64,000 nt of DNA from an uncultured delta proteobacterium (GCA_963827685.1 CAWHBU010000001.1:64001-128000), one strand, 5' to 3'. Counted from the stretch's first letter, positions 10,012 through 20,379 are shown. Numbers and translations: made by a program. Notes: generated by a model not told the origin, from the letters alone.

Positions 10012-10494
10012 TCACGAGCCCAGTTTTTTACACAGTTCTGCCACCCGCTTTCCCAATTTTCGAGCATTTTCATTGGTTCTTTCATCAGGAGCACCCACAC
10101 ACGCCACACCGTAATGACCTGTTGCCTCCATGGGGTCTCCCACAACGATCATGCCATAAATGAGTAAACACTGGATGATTGACATCATCGTGGTCTCCTT
10201 CCCACCTGACGGATCTCCAGAAGTGGCAAAAGCAGCTCCAACCTTGTTTTCCATTTTCCTGCGGATGACCACATATTCATCAAAGACACGCTTCAGATCC
10301 CAAGCCATCGCGCCAAAATAGACTGGTGAGCCTGCGATCACACCGGCGGAATCAACAAAATCTTCTTTCTTCACCTCTTGGGTTGACTTTAAGAAAGCTT
10401 TAACACCGGAAACGGACTCGATTCCCTCTGCAATTTGCTCTGCCAGCTTTCGTGTGTTCCCTCCTTTAGAGTAATAAAGGACTAAGATTTGCAT
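10012..10494 (-). CDS. WrbA-like flavodoxin family protein
   Basis: YYSKGGNTRKLA, GSPVYFG, GGKETT. Confidence 0.9.
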   Translation of the reverse strand: MQILVLYYSKGGNTRKLAEQIAEGIESVSGVKAFLKSTQEVKKEDFVDSAGVIAGSPVYFGAMAWDLKRVFDEYVVIRRKMENKVGAAFATSGDPSGGKETTMMSIIQCLLIYGMIVVGDPMEATGHYGVACVGAPDERTNENARKLGKRVAELCKKLGS

Positions 10495-10605
10495 GGTTTT
10501 CCTCCTTTAAATCGGTTTTTTATTTAAATTTATCCTCAAAGATGCATCAGAAACGCGGCTGATTTAATGCAATGTCAAGGTTATCTTCAACTCCAATTCT
10601 CTCTT

Positions 10606-11268
10606 TTATTTTCTTTTCAGGATAGGATCGGAATAATAGGCAGTAACCATTTCATTGCTGTGATCTGTATCCGTTTGAATCCCGATGGCCAACACTCCAT
10701 CTGGTTCTGCACCAAAAGCAGATTTGTAATCTTTACGAAGATTCCTTTCCTCGTAGACCCATTGTCCTGTTTTGCCTTCCCCGGACTCCAGCACAAAAAC
10801 CTTGCAGTATTTCTCTCCGGGATGATCAAAGATGTGATTTTTCGGCAGATGGCTCGCCCAGATATATTCGATTCTGAATCCTGAAGGTTCTGCTCCTTCC
10901 ATGATCCTAAAACCTTTGTCTCTTCCAAAGACGACCATCACCCGAGCTGCCGCATCAAATCTGTCTTTTCTTGTTTCAATAGCAGAGCGGACCACATTGG
11001 ATATCTTCCATCTCCAGGAGAGGATAGGAAAATGCTTCTCTTTTTCTCCCACTTCCTTAAAAAGAGAAGATCGGCTTCCCAGGCTCTCGGCTTTGATGAT
11101 CCCTTTTCCTGCTTTCGAATACTGAGTGGGAGGGACAGTAAAGTAGGAGACCATCCACCAACCTTTGACTGGTGTTTTCTTTTCCTCAGGTTCCTTTGGT
11201 CCGAAGTCTCCAAAGGGAAGTTGGACAAGAATAAGAATGAGACTGAGGGGAATCAATAAATATTTCAT
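10606..11268 (-). CDS. DUF3047 family exported protein
   Basis: LSWRWK, DAAARVMVVF, IEYIW, ERNLRKDY..FG, IQTDTD; paralogue of the gene at 35659. Confidence 0.82.
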   Translation of the reverse strand: MKYLLIPLSLILILVQLPFGDFGPKEPEEKKTPVKGWWMVSYFTVPPTQYSKAGKGIIKAESLGSRSSLFKEVGEKEKHFPILSWRWKISNVVRSAIETRKDRFDAAARVMVVFGRDKGFRIMEGAEPSGFRIEYIWASHLPKNHIFDHPGEKYCKVFVLESGEGKTGQWVYEERNLRKDYKSAFGAEPDGVLAIGIQTDTDHSNEMVTAYYSDPILKRK

Positions 11269-11494
11269 TTTCTAAAAAATTCTCCCTTCCAAAGCCATTA
11301 TACATCATATTCTGATGAATGCGTTGAAAAATAGGGGGGCCCTGTCAAACCCCACTCAAACATATTGCCCCTCCGCATTCCATGGGGGAGGGTTGCCTGC
11401 CTACTGTCGGCAAGGATGGGAATGAAAATTTCTCCTTGAATTTGATCCTCTGGATAATTAACTTTCTAATGAATAAAGACAAGGAGGGCAAAAA

Positions 11495-11944
11495 GTGATC
11501 AAGGACGACAGGAATTATCACCAACGGCTGCAGGAGTTTTGTGATTGTTATTTGGAGACCGACCCTAAAAAGGAATTGGAAAAGGCCGCCCGAGGGATTT
11601 CAGGCGATCCCGGCGCCGACCTGGACGAATTGGCCCTTAAGTTTCTTGGGCTTGGAATCTTTTATGGGGCTACTGAGAAAGCCAAAAAGATCTCCATTGA
11701 GCGGTCAAAAGAGGGAGGCGTCCAATTCTCAGTGGAATCCAGAAGAAAATATCAGCTTCCTCCGCCTAGTGTCCAGGTGGCTGATCGAATCATCTCCATT
11801 GCCCGAGCCATCACGCATCTTGAAGAAGCTAAAGGAAAAGAACCGGTATCTTTTGGCTTGAGAAACGATCGATTTGATCTTACCTTTCAATTCGACCGGA
11901 AGAAAAGTGGAGAGGCGTTCTCAATCTTGTTTCCAAAACTGTAA
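11495..11944 (+). CDS. Hypothetical protein
   Basis: 149 aa ORF with AAGGAGG RBS. Confidence 0.75.
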   Translation: MIKDDRNYHQRLQEFCDCYLETDPKKELEKAARGISGDPGADLDELALKFLGLGIFYGATEKAKKISIERSKEGGVQFSVESRRKYQLPPPSVQVADRIISIARAITHLEEAKGKEPVSFGLRNDRFDLTFQFDRKKSGEAFSILFPKL

Positions 11945-12461
11945 GAATGCCCAATTCTTAGAGCGGGTTCTGTTCTCAGAAGTAGCCGAAGGTTACGGTG
12001 ACACAATAGCTTGCCATTTTCTCAATTTGAACGTATCTTACACAGAAATATCCAGACTATGTTACATCATGGTAAGCTCAAACCAAAATGAGTTGGGAAT
12101 AAATGGGCACTTTGGTGAGTGAAGACGAACAAACCTAATCTATGGCCTCGAAAAAGGCGTTCTTCACTCCATCCAATAACTGGAATGATCTTATCTTAAT
12201 AGAAAAGATTTCCGCGCCGGGATCGTTTAGGAAATCTGTTAAATGGGAATGCTTTTTCAAAAACTTTGTACGGATAAAATCTTTCTTGACAGGGTCGTCT
12301 ATAGTTTGAAACTCTCCACTGACAGTCAGGGCCTTTATATAAATCCGTCTTTGCCCCTTTTCCTTTTCGCGAGTATCAATCAGGAGGCTGACGGTGGGGG
12401 TATATAATTTTGTTTAATGCGCTTGGATTAATCATAGTAAAACAACAACAGGGAGACAACA

Positions 12462-13409
12462 ATGAAAAAGATTAAATTGGGCGTTAGCACCTGCTTGCTT
12501 GGCGAGAATGTCCGTTATGACGGCGGCCATAAGTTGGATCGCTTTCTAACCGATACCCTGGGACAATATGTAGAATATGTCCCTGTTTGCCCCGAGGTGG
12601 AATGCGGTCTCCCCGTTCCCAGGGAATCTATACATCTGAAGGGAGATCCAAATTCTCCTCGACTCGTGACGGTTCGCACCAAACAGGACATGACGGATCG
12701 TATGGTCAAGTGGGCACAGAAACGCGTCGCTGAACTGGAGAAAGAAGATCTTCGTGGTTTTATTTTCAAAAGCGATTCTCCAAGCAGTGGGATGGAACGG
12801 GTCAAGGTCTATAATGAAAAGGGGATGCCGGTTAAAAAGGGAGTGGAAATGTTCGCCAGGATATTTATGGATCATTTTCCGCTGCTTCCTGTTGAAGATG
12901 AGGGGCGTCTCCATGACCCGAAGCTCAGAGACAATTTCATTGAGCGAATATTCGCCCTGAAAAGGTGGCGAGAGGTTCTCGAAAGAAAGGAAAGTCGGGG
13001 AAACATCGTGGACTTCCATACGAGGCATAAATTGTTGATACTTTCACACAGCCCAAAGCATTGTCAAATGATAGGAAACTTAGTTGCCCGAGCCAAAGAC
13101 CTTTCATTAAAAGAACTCTACCAAAAATACCAGACTCTTCTCCTGGAATCCCTGGAGCTAATGACTACACCTAAGAAAAATGCAAATGTCCTTCAGCATA
13201 TGATGGGTTATTTTAGGGAACAATTGTCCTCTGATGAAAAACAGGAATTACTGGAGGTCATCGATTTCTATCGTAAGGGTTATACCCCCTTGATCGTTCC
13301 CATTACCCTCATCAATCATTACGTTCGAAAGTATGATCAGCCTTACCTCAAACAACAGGTATACTTAAATCCGCTCCCCTTAGAACTTCAATTACGAAAT
13401 CATGTCTAA
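12462..13409 (+). CDS. DUF523 (2-thiouracil desulfurase-like) / DUF1722 protein, YbgA-like
   Basis: GVSTCLLGENVRYDGGHK, CPEVECGL, KSDSPSSG, EDEGRLHDP. Confidence 0.92.
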   Translation: MKKIKLGVSTCLLGENVRYDGGHKLDRFLTDTLGQYVEYVPVCPEVECGLPVPRESIHLKGDPNSPRLVTVRTKQDMTDRMVKWAQKRVAELEKEDLRGFIFKSDSPSSGMERVKVYNEKGMPVKKGVEMFARIFMDHFPLLPVEDEGRLHDPKLRDNFIERIFALKRWREVLERKESRGNIVDFHTRHKLLILSHSPKHCQMIGNLVARAKDLSLKELYQKYQTLLLESLELMTTPKKNANVLQHMMGYFREQLSSDEKQELLEVIDFYRKGYTPLIVPITLINHYVRKYDQPYLKQQVYLNPLPLELQLRNHV

Positions 13410-13537
13410 GGAATATTTTTTTCATATTTCTGGAATTTGTTCTTGACACTCCTCGCCAATTCCCCTAAATTTTATTAAAAGCCTGGTAACATAAAAAATA
13501 ATGTTAGCCGCTGATAGGAGACCTATTGGAGGGAACG

Positions 13538-14566
13538 ATGTCACCTGACTTATGGTCACTATATAGGCTCATGCTAAAAAGCCGCCTGTTTGAAGAGGCT
13601 GCCACCCAACTATGGAAAGATGGCTTGATTTCAGGTGAGATGCATCTCGGTACGGGCGAAGAGGCGGTTATTGCAGGCATTGTTTCTCAGTTGCGGACTG
13701 GCGACGCCATGGCCCTTGACCATCGCGGCACTTCGCCCCTGCTGATGCGCGGTGTAGACCCCGTCTTGATTTTGCGCGAGTTACTCGGCCGCCCAGACGG
13801 GTTGTGTGGCGGAAGAGGCGGACATATGCATCTATTCTCAAAAGACCACCTGGCGGCCTCGTCTGGCATCGTGGGTGCAGCGGGACCAGCTGCAGTCGGA
13901 TTCGCACTGGCAGCCCAGTATTTGCGTCCAGGAGCGATTTCTGTGGGTTTCTTCGGCGATGGGGCCATAAACCAGGGCATGTTGATGGAATCAATGAATC
14001 TGGCGTCTGTCTGGAATTTGCCAGTCCTTTTCGTCTGTAAAGACGATCAGTGGGCCATCACCACCAAATCCAGCATGATGACCGGCGGCAGCTTGAGCGA
14101 ACGGGTACGCGGCTTGGGTGTTCCTTATATCGACGTTAATGGTCTCGACGTGAACAAAGTCTGGGAGGTTGCCTATCAAGCCATCGAACGAGCCCGCTCC
14201 AGACAGGGGCCGACCTTTATCCACGCGCCATGTGTGCACCTCGAAGGTCACTTCTTGGGTTATCAACTGCTCCGAGTGACGCGCAACCCGGTTCGAGAAA
14301 TGCCTAAGATAGCAGGTCCACTTACACGGTCATTCCTGAGTCCCGGTGGAACGTCGCTGGTTGACCGTTTGGCCGGACTGAGGGTCGTCATTTCAGCTAT
14401 CCTGACCACGCTTCGCGACCCACGCCGGTATACCACTAACGATCCAGTGATGCTAACACGAGCTGCCCTGAAGTCGGACTCAGCACGCTTGAGGGAGTTA
14501 GAGAATTCCACAGAGCAAGAAATAACCAAAGTCGTTTCCTCTGCTCTGCAGGAGTGTGCGACATGA
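13538..14566 (+). CDS. TPP-dependent 2-oxoacid/acetoin dehydrogenase E1 alpha subunit
   Basis: GEMHLGTGEEA, GRGGHMH, GIVG, FFGDGA TPP motif. Confidence 0.92.
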   Translation: MSPDLWSLYRLMLKSRLFEEAATQLWKDGLISGEMHLGTGEEAVIAGIVSQLRTGDAMALDHRGTSPLLMRGVDPVLILRELLGRPDGLCGGRGGHMHLFSKDHLAASSGIVGAAGPAAVGFALAAQYLRPGAISVGFFGDGAINQGMLMESMNLASVWNLPVLFVCKDDQWAITTKSSMMTGGSLSERVRGLGVPYIDVNGLDVNKVWEVAYQAIERARSRQGPTFIHAPCVHLEGHFLGYQLLRVTRNPVREMPKIAGPLTRSFLSPGGTSLVDRLAGLRVVISAILTTLRDPRRYTTNDPVMLTRAALKSDSARLRELENSTEQEITKVVSSALQECAT

Positions 14567-15570
14567 AAACCATGTATTTCACGGAAGCCATTGATGACGC
14601 ACTCGCCCAGGCCATGGCCCAAGATCCTCACATCATTCTCTTTGGCGAGGACGTCCCACTAATACGTCGCAATCTGCTCGTGCGTTTTGGCCCGAATCGG
14701 GTGATGGGTACGCCAATCAGCGAAAACGCCTTTCTTGGCGCAGGCGTGGCAGCCGCGATGGCCGGTTTACGACCGGTTGTCGAAGTATACATGGTTGACT
14801 TTCTCGGTGTGGCCATGGACACTCTGCTCAATCACGCTGCCAAACTTGAGAGTTTTTCGGGTGGTAAATGGACAGCACCCGTAGTGGTGCGTGCGCCCTG
14901 TGGTGGCGGTTACGGGGACGGCGGACAGCATGAGCAGTCCTTGTGGGGCTGGCTGGCTCACATCCCCGGCTTGACAGTGGTTGTACCGTCTACACCAGCC
15001 GATGCTGGCGGGCTGATGCTGGCAGCTTTGAATCACGACGGGCCGGTCATTTTTCTCGAACACAAATTGCTCTCAGAAGCCTGGTTGGAATTCCTGGGAT
15101 CGGGCGGACGGCGTACAGTACGATATGATGTCCCCGCCGAAGGGGCGCATGGTCCCGTACCCCAAAAATGGGAGCCGGTTCCCATTGGCAAAGCCGTGCT
15201 TCGACGAGCCGGAGACGACGTGACTTTGGTCAGCGTCGGCGTAGGAGTACACCGTGCTCTGGAAGCCGCAGATACTTTGAAAAAAGATGGGATTTCAACC
15301 GGGGTGATAGACTTGAGAACTATCTCACCGCTCGATAAGATGACTCTCTGTGAGGTGGTGGCTCAGACAGGCCGCTTGCTCGTGATTGACGAAGATTATC
15401 AGGGCTTTGGTCTCTCAGGCGAACTGGCGGCAGTCGTGTTAGAAGCAGGCATCCCGGTCAAATATGCCCGCGTCTGTACCCAGGTGTCTATTCCATACGC
15501 TCGTCATCTAGAAGACCAGACTCTGCCCAATGTGGAGCGTATTTGGGCTGGTGTTAAACAGCTTTTATAA
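14563..15570 (+). CDS. TPP-dependent dehydrogenase E1 beta subunit
   Basis: FGEDV, TPISENAFLG, GGQHEQS, FLEHK, IDLRTISPLD; ATGA overlap with the alpha gene. Confidence 0.92.
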   Translation: MKTMYFTEAIDDALAQAMAQDPHIILFGEDVPLIRRNLLVRFGPNRVMGTPISENAFLGAGVAAAMAGLRPVVEVYMVDFLGVAMDTLLNHAAKLESFSGGKWTAPVVVRAPCGGGYGDGGQHEQSLWGWLAHIPGLTVVVPSTPADAGGLMLAALNHDGPVIFLEHKLLSEAWLEFLGSGGRRTVRYDVPAEGAHGPVPQKWEPVPIGKAVLRRAGDDVTLVSVGVGVHRALEAADTLKKDGISTGVIDLRTISPLDKMTLCEVVAQTGRLLVIDEDYQGFGLSGELAAVVLEAGIPVKYARVCTQVSIPYARHLEDQTLPNVERIWAGVKQLL

Positions 15571-15621
15571 TCTTTTCTAAAAACATCCGCTCTAAAAATA
15601 TCCGCAGAAGAAGACAGCTTT

Positions 15622-15671
15622 GGGCTAACAGGAGGCCTGAACCGCTCAGCGGCTGATACGGAATGTTGGGC
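15622..15671 (+). other. Degenerate attC-like site 1
   Basis: GGCTAAC...GTTGGGC directly before a GNAT gene. Confidence 0.5.
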
Positions 15672-15686
15672 CGAATGAAGGAGATC

Positions 15687-16208
15687 ATGATACGCAAGTG
15701 CACGGAACCGGATTTCGAGGTAATTTATGAGATCATCAACGATGCAGCGGAAGCATACAGGGGCGTCATTCCGGCTGATCGCTGGCACGAACCCTATATG
15801 TCACGCGAACAACTGATGCGGGAAATCGATGCGGGCATACAGTTCTGGGGACTTGAGGAAGATAGCGTCTTGATCGGTGTGATGGGTATACAGGACAAAG
15901 GGGATGTCACTCTCATACGCCATGCATACGTCAGATCACGGATGAGAAACCGCGGAATAGGTTCAAGGCTGTTACAATTCCTCGAGTCGACAACAGAGAA
16001 GCCGATTCTGATTGGAACGTGGGCTGATGCGACTTGGGCGATTGCATTCTACCAGAAGTACGGCTACCGACTGGTTTCGACAGAAGAGAAGAATCAAGTA
16101 CTCCGGAAGTATTGGCACATCCCTGAGCGGCAGGTTGAAACATCCGTGGTCCTTGCGGGGAAGAAGTGGAGCAGCTCAACGCACTCCGCCAGATCCGGCA
16201 TCCGCTGA
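15687..16208 (+). CDS. GNAT N-acetyltransferase
   Basis: AYVRSRMRNRGIGSRLL motif A, AIAFYQKYGY; AAGGAG RBS. Confidence 0.9.
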   Translation: MIRKCTEPDFEVIYEIINDAAEAYRGVIPADRWHEPYMSREQLMREIDAGIQFWGLEEDSVLIGVMGIQDKGDVTLIRHAYVRSRMRNRGIGSRLLQFLESTTEKPILIGTWADATWAIAFYQKYGYRLVSTEEKNQVLRKYWHIPERQVETSVVLAGKKWSSSTHSARSGIR

Positions 16209-16229
16209 TTTTCAACATTACAGCAACAA

Positions 16230-16697
16230 ATGGACATAACGTTTCTCAAACAACACATTGATAGCATTCCACTCATCGCTGAGTGGTACTACAGAGAGTG
16301 GAAGGCCATTTATGAGGCGTCAGGGATGTCTCTTGAGGATGTGAAGAAATCCGTTGCAGAGCGGGCAAACACGGACAGGATTCCGCTTGCAGTCGTGGCG
16401 CTTGATGGCGGACATGTTATCGGTACCGGCTGTCTCAAAGTCCGTGACATGGATACCCGAACAGAACTGACACCGTGGTTGGCTGGTATCTACGTTGAGA
16501 GGAATCAAAGGCAAAGAGGTCTCGGATCGACAATTGTCAGCACCCTCGAGGGGATTGCCAGGAACCTCGGCACTCAGAGGCTCTATCTATATACACCACA
16601 GTCAGTCGGATTCTACGCGAGACTAGGTTGGGCTGAATATGAGAGAATTACTTACAAAGGACAGAGTGTGACGATTATGGAAAAGATACTGGGCTAA
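16230..16697 (+). CDS. GNAT N-acetyltransferase
   Basis: PWLAGIYVERNQRQRGLGS, FYARLGW. Confidence 0.9.
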   Translation: MDITFLKQHIDSIPLIAEWYYREWKAIYEASGMSLEDVKKSVAERANTDRIPLAVVALDGGHVIGTGCLKVRDMDTRTELTPWLAGIYVERNQRQRGLGSTIVSTLEGIARNLGTQRLYLYTPQSVGFYARLGWAEYERITYKGQSVTIMEKILG

Positions 16698-16735
16698 CCA
16701 ACAGGGTGGAGCTTATGATGAATCTGCCGTTCGGC
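16692..16735 (+). other. Degenerate attC-like site 2
   Basis: GGCTAAC overlapping the stop codon, then CAACAGGGTGGAGC...GCCGTTCGGC. Confidence 0.55.
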
Positions 16736-16741
16736 TAATAA

Positions 16742-18556
16742 ATGGAGAAAAGCATGACGCTCGGAGACTACGAAGATAGTGTCGTTCTTTATGATGCCAA
16801 TCATCAAAAGTGGTTGCTCTTCTGCCGTCCGCTAAAGATTTATGTTGCGCACAGCTTGGAATCGGTCGTAAACATCTTGCGGGCAGTTGAGCACCAGGTC
16901 ACCGTCAACCACCTCCATGCGGCCGGATTCATCGCATACGAGGCCGGCCCCGCCTTTGACCCGGCTCTCGTTGTCCGATCGCCGGGGGCTTTTCCGCTCC
17001 TGTGGTTTGGAATCTATCGCGAGCCTGAGCAGATATCTTTCCCGCCTCTGCCACGAGAGGACTTGGCGAACATTTTCTGGAAGCCATCCGTTTCGGAGAA
17101 GGAATATCGGCTCTCGCTTAGCAAGATTAAAGAATATATCCAGGCCGGAGACACCTATCAGGTAAACTATACCTTTCGCCTTCGGGCTCCCTTTTCTGAG
17201 GATCCCTGGAGGTTGTTCGTGCAAATGGTCCACGCTCAAGGTTACGGTTACGGAGCCTTTGTGAATACTGAAGGGTGGACGATCTGTTCCGCTTCGCCCG
17301 AACTGTTTTTTACACTTGAAGCCGAGGAGTTGAGTTCCCGACCTATGAAAGGAACCGTATCGAGAGGGCTGACACAGGCCGAGGATCTTGAACATGCGAA
17401 CTGGCTGCAACGCTCTGAGAAAAACAGGGCCGAAAACGTGATGATCGTTGACATGGTGCGCAACGACATGGGGCGGATTGCCGAAGTTGGGAGTGTGGAG
17501 GTGCCAAGCCTTTTTGATATCGAGAAATATCTGACCCTGTGGCAGATGACGAGCACGGTCGACTGTAGAACCAAGGCGAGCATGACGGATATCTTCCGTG
17601 CCTTGTTTCCGGCAGCCTCAATTACCGGTGCCCCAAAGGTCCGGACGATGCAAATCATTGCGGAGCTCGAAAACGCGCCCCGAAGGATCTATACTGGCAC
17701 GATTGGATTTTTTTCCCCTGGACGAAAGGCGCAGTTCAACATGGCCATCAGAACCGTTCTGGTGGACAGGCTTAGCCATACGTCCGAATACGGTGTAGGG
17801 GGTGGTATCGTTTGGGATTCGGAAAAGGCCGACGAGCTACAAGAGTGCTACACGAAGGCCAGAATCCTGGTCCAACCGACTCCGGACTTCGCCTTGTTGG
17901 AGACAATCCTGCGGACGCCCCAAGACGGATATTTTTTGCTCGACGATCACCTGACTCGTTTGCGTGACCCGTCCGCCTATTTCTCTCACCCTGTCGATAT
18001 GGAGACAATCCGTGAGAAACTGAATGTTCTGGCACGTGAACTGCCCCCTCGCCCGCACAGAATACGTTTAGTGGTGCCGCAGGAGAATGAGCCAATGTTG
18101 GAGGCTCATGTACTATTGTCCCCTCCTCAGCCCTACCGCATCCGGCTTGCCAAGAGGCCCATCAACTCAAAGGATCCTTTTCTATACCACAAGACAACCC
18201 ATCGGCGTGTCTATGAGCAGGCCTTGGCAGAGTCGCCCGGATGCGATGATGTTCTGCTCTGGAATGAAAAAAAGGAGGTGACCGAATCCTGCATTGCAAA
18301 TGTGTTGGTGGAAATGGATGGCAAGTTTCTAACTCCTCCTGTGCACTGCGGCCTCCTTCCAGGGACGTATCGATCCCTTTTGCTCAAACAGGATAAGGTC
18401 AGGGAAGAGATTATCCATGTTCAGGACTTACGCCGATGCTCCGGAATTTACCTGGTCAACTCAGTACGTGGAATGTGGGAGGTCTCGCTCGAACTGAAGA
18501 GGACGGAGTCTGGGGAACAAAACGACGCAGAACAAAGCGCCCCAGCCAACGGTTAA
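16742..18556 (+). CDS. pabB: Aminodeoxychorismate synthase component I fused to a class IV aminotransferase/ADC-lyase domain
   Basis: GDTYQVNYT, SPELFF, PMKGT, AENVMIVD, SITGAPK; C-terminal HKTT and GLLPGT. Confidence 0.92.
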   Translation: MEKSMTLGDYEDSVVLYDANHQKWLLFCRPLKIYVAHSLESVVNILRAVEHQVTVNHLHAAGFIAYEAGPAFDPALVVRSPGAFPLLWFGIYREPEQISFPPLPREDLANIFWKPSVSEKEYRLSLSKIKEYIQAGDTYQVNYTFRLRAPFSEDPWRLFVQMVHAQGYGYGAFVNTEGWTICSASPELFFTLEAEELSSRPMKGTVSRGLTQAEDLEHANWLQRSEKNRAENVMIVDMVRNDMGRIAEVGSVEVPSLFDIEKYLTLWQMTSTVDCRTKASMTDIFRALFPAASITGAPKVRTMQIIAELENAPRRIYTGTIGFFSPGRKAQFNMAIRTVLVDRLSHTSEYGVGGGIVWDSEKADELQECYTKARILVQPTPDFALLETILRTPQDGYFLLDDHLTRLRDPSAYFSHPVDMETIREKLNVLARELPPRPHRIRLVVPQENEPMLEAHVLLSPPQPYRIRLAKRPINSKDPFLYHKTTHRRVYEQALAESPGCDDVLLWNEKKEVTESCIANVLVEMDGKFLTPPVHCGLLPGTYRSLLLKQDKVREEIIHVQDLRRCSGIYLVNSVRGMWEVSLELKRTESGEQNDAEQSAPANG

Positions 18557-18583
18557 AGCGGCGGCTGGGCTTTAGCGATACAA
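18527..18583 (+). other. Degenerate attC-like site 3
   Basis: GCAGAACAAAGCGCCCCAGCC...GGCTGGGCTTTAGCG imperfect palindrome at the gene end. Confidence 0.55.
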
Positions 18584-18585
18584 TA

Positions 18586-18721
18586 GCGAAGCTCCCCGCC
18601 CATAGGCGGGGCTTCCCGGGCACGCAGTGGCGAGCGGGTTGTGAGCAAAGGTATTTTCATTTTATGTTGTGCCCCTTGACCCCGCCTACAAGGCGGGGCT
18701 TGCGGGGCACTTGCCGGTCAA
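18586..18721 (-). mobile_element. IS200/IS605-type miniature element (family copy 1)
   Basis: Two CCCCGCC...GGCGGGG hairpins; homologous to copies at 34418, 34831 and 45759. Confidence 0.75.
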
Positions 18722-18728
18722 GGAGGAT

Positions 18729-19082
18729 ATGATGAAGATTCTAAAGTATTCCGAAGTCAAACCGACTCATTTTGAAAGTGCGGAAGCGAAAGGAGTCGCT
18801 GGACGCGTTGTGGTTGGCAAGAATGATGGTGCGAATAATTTTTGTATGCGAGTGTTTGAGATTTCTGCTGGAGGACATACGCCAAAGCATTCGCACGATT
18901 GGGAACATGAGATGTTCATCCATTCAGGGGAAGGCGAAATTTATGGCAATGGTCAATGGACCCCGGTGAAATCCGGTAATGCTATTTTTGTACCCAGCAA
19001 TGAAGAACATCAAATACGAAACCGTGGTAAGGAATTATTAGTTGTGGTTTGTCTTGTCCCATCGAAAGCCCCTGAACTCTGA
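18729..19082 (+). CDS. Cupin domain protein
   Basis: HTPKHSHDWEHE and VPSNEEHQ motifs; AGGAGG RBS. Confidence 0.92.
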   Translation: MMKILKYSEVKPTHFESAEAKGVAGRVVVGKNDGANNFCMRVFEISAGGHTPKHSHDWEHEMFIHSGEGEIYGNGQWTPVKSGNAIFVPSNEEHQIRNRGKELLVVVCLVPSKAPEL

Positions 19083-19132
19083 ATAAACAGAGCCGGGTTA
19101 ATCTTCGAAACCGGGAATGATGAACGTATTAG

Positions 19133-19198
19133 ATAGAAGTGTTTAACCGGTTGGAGTCGGACGTGGTAAACTGCGCCACTCGATCAGGGACATTAGGC
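19133..19198 (+). other. Degenerate attC-like site 4
   Basis: TAACCGGTTGGAGTCGGAC...GCGCCACTC...ATTAGGC directly before the next ORF. Confidence 0.45.
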
Positions 19199-19210
19199 AT
19201 GAGAAGAAGG

Positions 19211-19918
19211 ATGGAGGAGTCCAACAGAGCAACGGCGCGAGAAATCGCAAACCGGTATCTGTCCAAAGGTGACGCTTTGGGATGGTTCGAGGAACTCTAT
19301 GCCCAAGCCAACGGTGATGCCTCAGTCATACCATGGGCAGATTTGATGCCGAATCCCAATCTGGTGACTTGACTTGACAACCACTGGATCAGCGGGGCTG
19401 GGAAGAAAGCGCTCAAGATAGGCTGCGGATTGGGTGACGATGTCGAGGAACTGGCACGCAGGGGATTTGACACAACGGCCTTCGACATATCTTCGACGGC
19501 CATTGCTTGGTGCCAACGCAGATTCCCTGGGACTTCGGTTCACTATGTGATCGCGGATCTGTTCACAGCTCCCCAGAACTGGCGAGGTGCTTTCGATTTC
19601 GTCCTTGAATCGTATACACTCCAGGTTTTGCCAATCGGACTCCGACAGAAGGCAGTGGCCGAGATTGCGGGTTTCGTAAGGCCGGGAGGCACTCTGCTTG
19701 TTATTGCCAGGGGAAGAGAAAACACTGATCCCGAAGGCAAGATGCCGTGGCCTCTCACAATCGAAGACCTGAATGGACTCAAGTCGTGCGATCTGACAGA
19801 GACGGCTTTCGAAGACTACATGGATAAGGAGGAACCTTCTGTTCGCCGTTTCAGAGTTGTGTACACAAGAAAAGAGACATCCGTGCCCAACAAGACGGAT
19901 GTCGGCGCTCCGCAATAG
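19211..19918 (+). pseudogene. Class I SAM-dependent (thiopurine-methyltransferase-like) methyltransferase with internal TGA
   Basis: Track ORFs 19139-19372 and 19430-19918 share a frame. TGA at 19370-19372 sits in NPNLVT*LDN, where Trp is expected. IGCGLGDD SAM motif follows. Confidence 0.85.
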
Positions 19919-19979
19919 CTCGGGATAGTCATTTTTAAACTGCTCCTATTTCTCGCCTGCTTGATAATAGTTGTTAGGA
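19885..19979 (+). other. Degenerate attC-like site 5
   Basis: GCCCAAC near the gene end...GTTAGGA. Confidence 0.5.
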
Positions 19980-19987
19980 GCAGGAGT

Positions 19988-20379
19988 TTATTGATTCACG
20001 ATGCTCTGCAAGGCTTTTTCAATATCTGGATATTGAAAAACAAAACCGTTCTCCAGCAACCTTCGCGGGATGACTTTCTGACCTTCAAGGACGACAGATC
20101 CAAACTCTCCCAAAACCAACTTCACCATAAATCCAGGGGCTTGAATCAAAGAAAGATCGAAGTCCCTGCAAGATTGATGATGGCGTCGTGGTTCTTAGTG
20201 GCCTCCTGCCAAGGCCCCTGCTGCGTGGGATCCCCTTACAAATAGCAAATTCCCGCAGGCCCTTTCTCCGGTCCTTTTTGGGAGCGGGTCAAGATGGTCA
20301 CTTCATGCCTATCCTGGATTAATCGAGAGGTCAGTTGTGTACCCACAAAGCCTGTACCACCCGTGATCAGAATTTTCAC
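19988..20379 (-). pseudogene. TIGR01777-type NAD-dependent epimerase/oxidoreductase remnant
   Basis: MKILITGGTGFVG..., frameshift, GDPTQQGPW...IINLAG joined directly to the C-terminal APGFMVKLVLGEFGSVVLEGQKVIPRRLLENGFVFQYP; large internal deletion. Confidence 0.85.

Noticed and set aside
19370-19372. Selenocysteine or alternative genetic code at the methyltransferase TGA
   Set aside because: The context suggests Trp rather than a catalytic Cys, and many other genes in the window end in TGA.
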